From contig JAGVYH010000001.1 of NCBI GenBank assembly GCA_018303325.1, positions 24,849 to 88,848 on the forward strand: 64,000 bases of DNA, written 5' to 3'. How positions within the stretch are numbered: position 1 is the first letter of the stretch; every line of letters starts with the position of its first letter. Position numbers and translations under genes: made by a program. Source of the stretch: Candidatus Woesearchaeota archaeon (lineage in GTDB: Archaea; Nanobdellota; Nanobdellia; Woesearchaeales; DSVV01). Positions 57,812 through 64,000 of this stretch are shown here, in pieces. A model generated the notes under the pieces. It saw only the letters and a list, made by a program, of their open reading frames with translations. It was not told the DNA's origin and ran no database searches.

Positions 57812-58735
57812 ATGAATTTAAAACAGCTAGCCAACAAACCGCAAAGATTTGCACCAGGGCATCGTTCATGCTCAGGCTGTGGATTCCCTCAAATAGTTAG
57901 AACTGTTCTTGCATCAACTGATAATCCTGTTGTTGTAGCTAATGCAACCGGCTGTTTAGAAGTAACTTCTACAATATATCCTTTCACGTCATGGAAAGTT
58001 CCTTATATTCATTCTGCCTTTGAAAATGCAGCAGCGACAATAACTGGTGTTGAGTCAGCATACAAAGCATTGCAAAAGAAAGGTAAATTACCTAAAGACA
58101 AAAAAATAAAATTTGTTGCATTCGGAGGAGATGGCGGCACTTATGATATAGGATTACAATCTTTGTCTGGAGCGCTTGAAAGAGGCCATGATTTTTTGTA
58201 TGTTCTATACGATAATGAAGCTTATATGAACACAAATATACAAAGAAGCTCGTCGACACCACTTGGTGCAACAACAACTACAACTCCAGACGGAACAATT
58301 CACCATGGAAAAGAAGAATGGAAAAAAGATATTATGAAAATTGTCGAAGCGCATCATATTCCGTATCTGGCGCAGGCATCTGTCCATAATTTAATTGATC
58401 TTTCAATGAAAGCAGAAAAAGCATTCAATACAGAAGGGCCTTCGTTTATTGTTGTATTGCAGCCCTGCACACTTGGTTGGAAATTTCCAACAGATATGAC
58501 TATTGATATAGCAAAATTAGCTGTTGAAACAAAATTCTGGCCGTTGTATGAAATAGAGAATGGAAAATATAAGATAAATTACAAGCCAGCAAAAGATGTT
58601 CCAGTAACTGAATATCTAAAAACACAGGGCAGATTCAAGCATTTATTCAGGCCAGAAAACAAAGGAATTCTTGAGCAGATACAAAAAACAGTTAATGAAA
58701 GATGGAATGATATTGTGAAGAAGTGCGAAGGGTGA
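57812..58735 (+). CDS. porB: Pyruvate:ferredoxin oxidoreductase beta subunit (TPP-binding)
   Basis: CSGCG…GCLE, GGDGGTYDIG. Confidence 0.85.
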   Translation: MNLKQLANKPQRFAPGHRSCSGCGFPQIVRTVLASTDNPVVVANATGCLEVTSTIYPFTSWKVPYIHSAFENAAATITGVESAYKALQKKGKLPKDKKIKFVAFGGDGGTYDIGLQSLSGALERGHDFLYVLYDNEAYMNTNIQRSSSTPLGATTTTTPDGTIHHGKEEWKKDIMKIVEAHHIPYLAQASVHNLIDLSMKAEKAFNTEGPSFIVVLQPCTLGWKFPTDMTIDIAKLAVETKFWPLYEIENGKYKINYKPAKDVPVTEYLKTQGRFKHLFRPENKGILEQIQKTVNERWNDIVKKCEG

Positions 58736-58780
58736 ATTGGTTTTATTGTTCATCTTTTTTTTTGCTCATAGCACGTTATT

Positions 58781-58935
58781 CGCTCTCAACCCGTTTGTGG
58801 GACGCAGTCCCACGTCTCATGAATATAAAAGTAAGAAGGTCTGAAGGTCAGATGGTTTGATTATAACGGCTAATTTCTGTCGCAACATTTCGTAGTACCT
58901 TCTTACCTTCAAACCATCTAACTCTCTTACTTTTA
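58781..58935 (+). repeat. Family-E element with a long internal hairpin (aagtaagaaggtctgaaggtcagatggtttg … caaaccatctaactctcttactt)
   Basis: Left end cgctctcaacccgtttgtgggacgcagtcccacgtctcatgaa. Confidence 0.7.
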
Positions 58936-58976
58936 TTTGTGAATGCGTGACTGTGCCCAATGTTAAACAAATACTG

Positions 58977-59528
58977 TTACAGTCTTATCCTTGGGCATCT
59001 GGTTAATTCTAAAGATTGATATTCAGAAGTAAAACACACATTTCTCCCTTTTGCTTCCAACATGCATTCTCTCGATAAATATACATCAAGAATAACCAGT
59101 TTTGGCTTGTCTTGAAAAGGTAAAATATGATAATGAGATCTTACTAAATTTAGGTCGTATGTGCCCCCTGCATAAACTGTTTTACCAACATTTAATGCTT
59201 CACAAACATTACAGCGATAAAAAATAAATGCGCCTTTTTTTACAAGAGCAACCAATCCTTCAGGAGTTACTTTCTCGTCAGGTTCTTTATCATCATCTTG
59301 GTCATCACTCTCATCTATCTCATCACTATCCTCATCAAACTCTCCAGTTCCAAGTATATATGATGCACCATAATTTTCATTATATGATTCTGTTTCTCCT
59401 TCATCTAATCCGTTAACTGATTTAGGAAGAAAGATTAGATTGCCAGACTCATCAAAAGACACGTCAGCTAAGTCACTTAGTGAAACTGGTTGAATTAATT
59501 TTTTCTTTGAAGTTGAGGTTTTCGCCAT
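58977..59528 (-). CDS. Hypothetical protein with an acidic low-complexity middle region
   Basis: ORF only. The sequence includes DEDSDEIDESDDQDDDKEPDE. Confidence 0.35.
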   Translation of the reverse strand: MAKTSTSKKKLIQPVSLSDLADVSFDESGNLIFLPKSVNGLDEGETESYNENYGASYILGTGEFDEDSDEIDESDDQDDDKEPDEKVTPEGLVALVKKGAFIFYRCNVCEALNVGKTVYAGGTYDLNLVRSHYHILPFQDKPKLVILDVYLSRECMLEAKGRNVCFTSEYQSLELTRCPRIRL

Positions 59529-59614
59529 TGATACATGTGTTTTTAGTTTTTTTATAAAGTTTTTGGAATAGCTTTTTTACCTGATTAAATTTATAAACTC
59601 AACTTCCATCTTTT

Positions 59615-61540
59615 GTGTATATGATTTCAAATAAAGCATACTTCAATGAGTTAATATCCCTTTTAACCCAAAAACCTTTGCCAGAGAAAGCAGTCAACAG
59701 GCTAAAGATGGATTTATGTAAAAAATATAAGATTAAAGAGATGCCAACAAATATTCAGATTCTTTTAAATGCAGACGAGAAAGACCTGCCAAAATTAACA
59801 TATTTACAAGTAAAGCCAACACGAACAATTTCTGGTGTAAGTGTTATTGCATTGATGACAAAACCATATCCATGTCCGCATGCTAAAAAAAGTTTAAAAG
59901 TTAGAAAGCTTGAAAGTTTGAAAGAGAAAAAACCATCAGCACTTTCAAGCTGTCAAGCTGTCAGGCCATCAAACTTTAAAGCCGTTGGACCCTGCATCTT
60001 CTGTCCCGGCGGACCAAACAGCGAATTTGGAGATGTTCCCCAGTCATACACAGGCAGAGAGCCGTCGACAATGAGAGGAATAAGAAATAAATTTGACAGC
60101 TATTTGGAAACAATGAACCGACTTGAGCAGTATGTTGTTCTTGGCCATAATTTTGACAAGATTGAATTAATAATAATGGGCGGGACATTCACAGCAATGC
60201 CAAAAAGATATTGCGAAGAGTTTATAATGTATGCATTTAAGGCATTGAATGATTTCAGCGGGATGTTTTTTGACAAAAATGAAAAGTTCAAATTAATTGA
60301 ATTCAAAACTTTCTTTCTTCTTCCCGGCAATGTTGGCGACGAGAAAAGAACAAAAGCAATACAGAAAAAATTATTAGTGCTTAAGAAAAAAGGCAGGCCT
60401 TCTTTAAAAGCAGAACAGAGGAAAAACGAGAATGCAAAAATCAGATGTGTTGGCTTAACCATTGAAACAAGACCTGATTGTGTTTCATTAAAAGAAGCAA
60501 ATGAAATGCTCAGATTAGGGGCAACAAGGGTTGAGTTAGGTGTGCAGACAGTTTACGACGATGTTTTAAAGAAAATAAACCGCGGACACACAATAAAAGA
60601 ATCAATTGCTGCAACAAAACTTCTCAAAGATTTAGGTTTTAAAATTAATTATCATATGATGCCTGGTTTACCTGGTGTGAATTATCTCAAAGATTTGAAC
60701 TCATTAAAAACATTGTTTAAAGACGAGAATTACAGGCCAGATATGCTGAAAATTTATCCGTGCATGGTCATGAAAGGCACAAAACTGTATGAAGAATGGA
60801 AACAGGGAAGATTTAAGCCGATAACAACAGAATCTGCTGCAAGATTAATTGCAGAATTCAAGAAATATGTGCCAACTTATGTAAGGATAATGAGGGTACA
60901 GAGAGATATTCCAACATATTTGACAGAAGCAGGTGTTGATAAGACTAATTTAAGGCAATATGTTGAAAAGCTCATGAACGAAAAAAGGAGCGAAAAAGGA
61001 AACAAAAAAGGAATAAAATGCAGATGTATAAGATGCAGAGAAGTCGGCCATGTCTTTAAAAAAACAGGAGTTTCACCAAAAAAAATTAAATTAATTGTAA
61101 AAGAATACAGCGCAAGCAAAGGCAAAGAATTCTTTATCAGCTGTGAAGATGTTGAGCAGGATATATTGTTAGGATTCTGCAGATTAAGATTTCCTAGCAA
61201 AGATATACATCAGGATACGCATAAATTATTTGGAAAATTTAAATCATTTGGAAAATTGAGAAAAGAAATAACCAAAGATTCTGCATTAATAAGAGAACTG
61301 CATGTATTCGGCGAAGCAGTTGAGATTAGCGGAAAAGGAAACAAAAAAGCAGAAACAGAAGAAAATGCAACAGCTACACAGCACAAAGGTTTGGGAAAGA
61401 AATTGTTAGAAAAAGCTGAATCCATCGTAAAAACACACGAAAAAAACAAAATGATTGTAATCTCAGCCATAGGCACAAGAGAATATTATAAAAGGTTAGG
61501 TTATAAACTGGAAGGTGTGTATATGGTGAAAGATATCTGA
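59615..61540 (+). CDS. elp3: Elp3-family tRNA uridine(34) acetyltransferase (radical SAM plus GNAT)
   Basis: Radical-SAM Cys cluster CIFCPGG, an Elp3-typical core, and a C-terminal GNAT (…HKGLGKKLLEKAE…). Confidence 0.8.
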   Translation: MYMISNKAYFNELISLLTQKPLPEKAVNRLKMDLCKKYKIKEMPTNIQILLNADEKDLPKLTYLQVKPTRTISGVSVIALMTKPYPCPHAKKSLKVRKLESLKEKKPSALSSCQAVRPSNFKAVGPCIFCPGGPNSEFGDVPQSYTGREPSTMRGIRNKFDSYLETMNRLEQYVVLGHNFDKIELIIMGGTFTAMPKRYCEEFIMYAFKALNDFSGMFFDKNEKFKLIEFKTFFLLPGNVGDEKRTKAIQKKLLVLKKKGRPSLKAEQRKNENAKIRCVGLTIETRPDCVSLKEANEMLRLGATRVELGVQTVYDDVLKKINRGHTIKESIAATKLLKDLGFKINYHMMPGLPGVNYLKDLNSLKTLFKDENYRPDMLKIYPCMVMKGTKLYEEWKQGRFKPITTESAARLIAEFKKYVPTYVRIMRVQRDIPTYLTEAGVDKTNLRQYVEKLMNEKRSEKGNKKGIKCRCIRCREVGHVFKKTGVSPKKIKLIVKEYSASKGKEFFISCEDVEQDILLGFCRLRFPSKDIHQDTHKLFGKFKSFGKLRKEITKDSALIRELHVFGEAVEISGKGNKKAETEENATATQHKGLGKKLLEKAESIVKTHEKNKMIVISAIGTREYYKRLGYKLEGVYMVKDI

Positions 61541-61550
61541 ACTTTCACAT

Positions 61551-61590
61551 TATACTAAAAGTGCAAAAAATAAGCGCAAAACTTAGAAAA
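61551..61590. repeat. Partial 'tatactaaaagt' module
   Basis: tatactaaaagtgcaaaaaataagcgcaaaac. Confidence 0.4.
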
Positions 61591-61751
61591 AGCAGACATT
61601 CAATCTTTCTATTCCATCATAATTATCATTTTTGCTAATTATAATCATATAAATAGTATAAATAAACTATTTCAGTAGCTCAAAGTAATCAAATTTGATT
61701 ACTTTGTATAATCGAAAAGTTTAAATAGCTGTAATAAATTATAGTACAAAT

Positions 61752-62465
61752 ATGCAAGCCATCACGTTTCTAAAAGAAATAGAACAGTTTCAGTCTCCTG
61801 TTTTATCATTCAATGATGTAATTAGAATTATAGGAAAAAGCAAAGAATATTCAAGAGTGTATATTCATCGCCTTAAACAAAAGAATATTATAACTGAAAT
61901 AGAAAAAGGGAAATATGCGCTATCTGAAGAGCCCTTTGAGATTGCCTCGAACCTTGTCTTTCCTTCATATATCTCATTCATGGGTGCATATTATATTTAT
62001 GGGTTCACTACACAAATCCCCATAATTGCTCAAATAGTTTGCCAAAACCCTAAAAAAGAAATGAACATAGGGAATATTAAGGTAAACTTTATTTCTTTTA
62101 AGAATAAAAGAATATTTGGTTATAAAAGAGAACGATTTAGAGATAAATATATCTTCATTGCTGAACCAGAAAAGGCCATAATAGATTCTTTATACCTTCC
62201 AAAATACTGCCCAATAAGTGAAAGTTATGAAGCACTTGAAAATAAAGAGTTAGACATAAATAAACTTTTAGAATACGGATTAAGGATGAATTCAATTATA
62301 ACTCTAAAAAGGTTAGGTTATCTTTTGGAACTACATGGTATAGATATTTATGAAAAAGTAAAGCACAAATTAAACAAAAGATATGACTTATTAAATCCAT
62401 TTATGAAAACCTCTAAAAAGAATTCATCAAAGTGGAAACTCAACATAAATGATGTGTTTGAATGA
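61752..62465 (+). CDS. abiEi: AbiEi-like antitoxin
   Basis: It sits upstream of an AbiEii gene. The fold resembles the other AbiEi ORFs (…KAIIDSLYLPKYC…, RLGYLLEL). Confidence 0.55.
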   Translation: MQAITFLKEIEQFQSPVLSFNDVIRIIGKSKEYSRVYIHRLKQKNIITEIEKGKYALSEEPFEIASNLVFPSYISFMGAYYIYGFTTQIPIIAQIVCQNPKKEMNIGNIKVNFISFKNKRIFGYKRERFRDKYIFIAEPEKAIIDSLYLPKYCPISESYEALENKELDINKLLEYGLRMNSIITLKRLGYLLELHGIDIYEKVKHKLNKRYDLLNPFMKTSKKNSSKWKLNINDVFE

Positions 62466-62560
62466 TATATACTAAAAGTCATTAATTTTCGAACAAATTA
62501 ATGACTTTTGTATATACAAAAGACCAAAATAAAGTACGATTATTTTGGTCTTTTAGTATA
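62466..62560. repeat. 'tatactaaaagt' double-hairpin module inserted between abiEi and abiEii
   Basis: tatatactaaaagtcattaattttcgaacaaattaatgacttttgtatatacaaaagaccaaaataaagtacgattattttggtcttttagtata. The stems covary with the copies at 53674 and 5071. Confidence 0.8.
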
Positions 62561-62580
62561 ATCAAAAATGAGGTGTTTGT

Positions 62581-63351
62581 GTGATAATCAAAACTGAACT
62601 TGTAAAATATTGCAATGTATTGGGGTTAAACCTTGGACAAGCAGAGATAGATTATATTCAGCATTTATTCCTTATCTTTTTTTCAAAGCATTCTGGAAAC
62701 AGTTATATATTTAAGGGAGGAACAGCACTACAAAAAGGTTATGGGTTGAACAGATTTAGTATTGACCTTGATTTTACACAAGTCCATGAAAATAATATAA
62801 ATGAGATTATTAATAAAATCAGCAGTGATATAAGTGATTTTGGCTATAAAACAGAAGTAGAGGAAAAGAAAACAATAGGTAAAACATTTATTCTCAAGAT
62901 AAATGGACCATTATACATTGGCACCAAAATGAGTATTTGTAATCTAAAAATTGAGATTAGCCAGCGGGAAAGCATTTTGCTTAAGCCACAATTTAAGGAG
63001 ATTATGCCTAGATACAATGATCTACAACCTTACACCATAATGATCATGGATGAGGAAGAAATACTTGCGGAGAAAGTAAGAGCAATTATGACAAGGAATA
63101 AACCGAGAGATGTGTTTGACTTAGGATTTATTTTAAAAAGAGGGGCTAAATTTCAGTTGGAGTTCATAAATAAAAAATTAGAGTATTATAAAGAGCAATT
63201 TGAGATGAAGAGATTTATTGATAAATTAAAGGAAAAAGAAAATATATGGGAAAAAGAAATGAGAAATTATGTTAAGGACGTTCCAGAGTTCAAAACAATT
63301 TTAAAAGAGATAACGAACGCAATAAATAATAATAAGGATAAATATAAATGA
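62581..63351 (+). CDS. abiEii: AbiEii-family nucleotidyltransferase toxin
   Basis: Motif IFKGGTALQKGYGLNRFSIDLDFT. Confidence 0.75.
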   Translation: MIIKTELVKYCNVLGLNLGQAEIDYIQHLFLIFFSKHSGNSYIFKGGTALQKGYGLNRFSIDLDFTQVHENNINEIINKISSDISDFGYKTEVEEKKTIGKTFILKINGPLYIGTKMSICNLKIEISQRESILLKPQFKEIMPRYNDLQPYTIMIMDEEEILAEKVRAIMTRNKPRDVFDLGFILKRGAKFQLEFINKKLEYYKEQFEMKRFIDKLKEKENIWEKEMRNYVKDVPEFKTILKEITNAINNNKDKYK

Positions 63352-63550
63352 GAATAATAATCAGAAGGATAATTATAATAATATCACTTATATGAGAAAG
63401 ATTATTAGAAAAGAATATATTCATATACTCAAGAAGATACACAAAAAAAACTCTGCACAAGCGTAGCGAAGCAGAGCATAAAGTGGTCGGATTTGTAGGA
63501 TAAACAATTTTTAATTAAGAACTTATAAAATAAATTAAGAAAGGTGATAT

Positions 63551-64000
63551 CATGAAAATAAGCGTTAAAGAAAGCATTGTTAAAAACTTAAATGAAGATG
63601 TACTAATAATACCTGTGTTTAAAGATACTCATAACACAGAGACATTGTTTCTCGAGCTTGATAATATTCTTAACAAATTATTAACACAGACCATTTATGA
63701 GAATAAAGATATCTGCGAAGAATACAAGCTCAATCTTTTTTATACACCAGCCAGAATAAAATTAAGGCGCATATTATTGGCCGGAGTTGGCAAGATTGAG
63801 GAAATGGATCAGGAAAAGATAAGATTATTAGGCGGGAAATTAGCCGGCTTTTGCACCTCCAACTCAATGTCTAATGTCGCGTTCCTTAATTTCGGTTACA
63901 GCCTGAAAAATATTGCAATAGATGATGCAACAAAGGCATTTGTTGAAGGATTTCTGCTGGGTGCATATTCTTATGATGAATTAAAAACAAAGAAAAAAGA
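63551..64000 (+). CDS. Leucyl aminopeptidase (M17), N-terminal domain; the 3' end lies outside the window
   Basis: I translated it by hand; the frame is open to the end of the window. It has a PepA-like N-terminus (…LLAGVGKIEEMDQEKIRLLGGKLAG…). Confidence 0.55.

Noticed and set aside
1-64000. Integron integrase or other recombinase to pair with the attC-like modules
   Set aside because: I found no tyrosine or serine recombinase and no transposase ORF in any frame of this window. A recombinase partner therefore remains unsupported here.

Overview
This is an AT-rich archaeal segment. Its gene content is archaeal (ribosomal protein L21e, RNA polymerase subunit F, aIF5B, Elp3, a mevalonate-pathway cluster, a pyruvate:ferredoxin oxidoreductase operon) and its tRNAs carry several introns, which fits a DPANN-like lineage.

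The window has three kinds of content:
- Housekeeping genes: a 5'-truncated Lhr-type helicase, rpl21e-rpoF, undecaprenyl-PP synthase, HMG-CoA reductase, HMG-CoA synthase, thiolase and DUF35, an MTAP-like phosphorylase, aIF5B, a NIP7-like protein, an HD-domain protein, a PUA protein, an adenosine-deaminase-like protein, porGDAB, Elp3 and a leucyl aminopeptidase.
- A cell-surface island at about 8.4-32.5 kb. It holds three giant secreted Cys-rich proteins built from LamG or beta-helix domains, and all three share a conserved cytoplasmic tail. A glycosylation block (GT2 plus two GT-C-like membrane proteins) sits between two paralogous small anchored proteins that end in a Gly/Ser tract and 'NDAK'.
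- Accessory and defence-like content:
  - three AbiEi/AbiEii pairs
  - a HEPN/MNT pair
  - a solo wHTH-MNT
  - a RelE/ParE-like gene
  - an orphan Pol-beta NTase-domain protein
  - an Arch_ATPase gene bounded by inverted 17-bp palindromes

Several families of modular hairpin repeats overlay all of this:
- a GC-hairpin-terminated element that recurs roughly ten times and flanks operons
- a 'tatactaaaagt' double-hairpin family whose copies show compensatory stem changes
- a roughly 130-bp imperfect palindrome with TIRs at the 3' ends of NTase/AbiE cassettes, which looks like an integron attC site
- tandem repeats that regenerate a tRNA 3' end
- a 140-bp perfect GC-rich palindrome that is a candidate ncRNA

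I found no CRISPR array, no rRNA and no recombinase gene.
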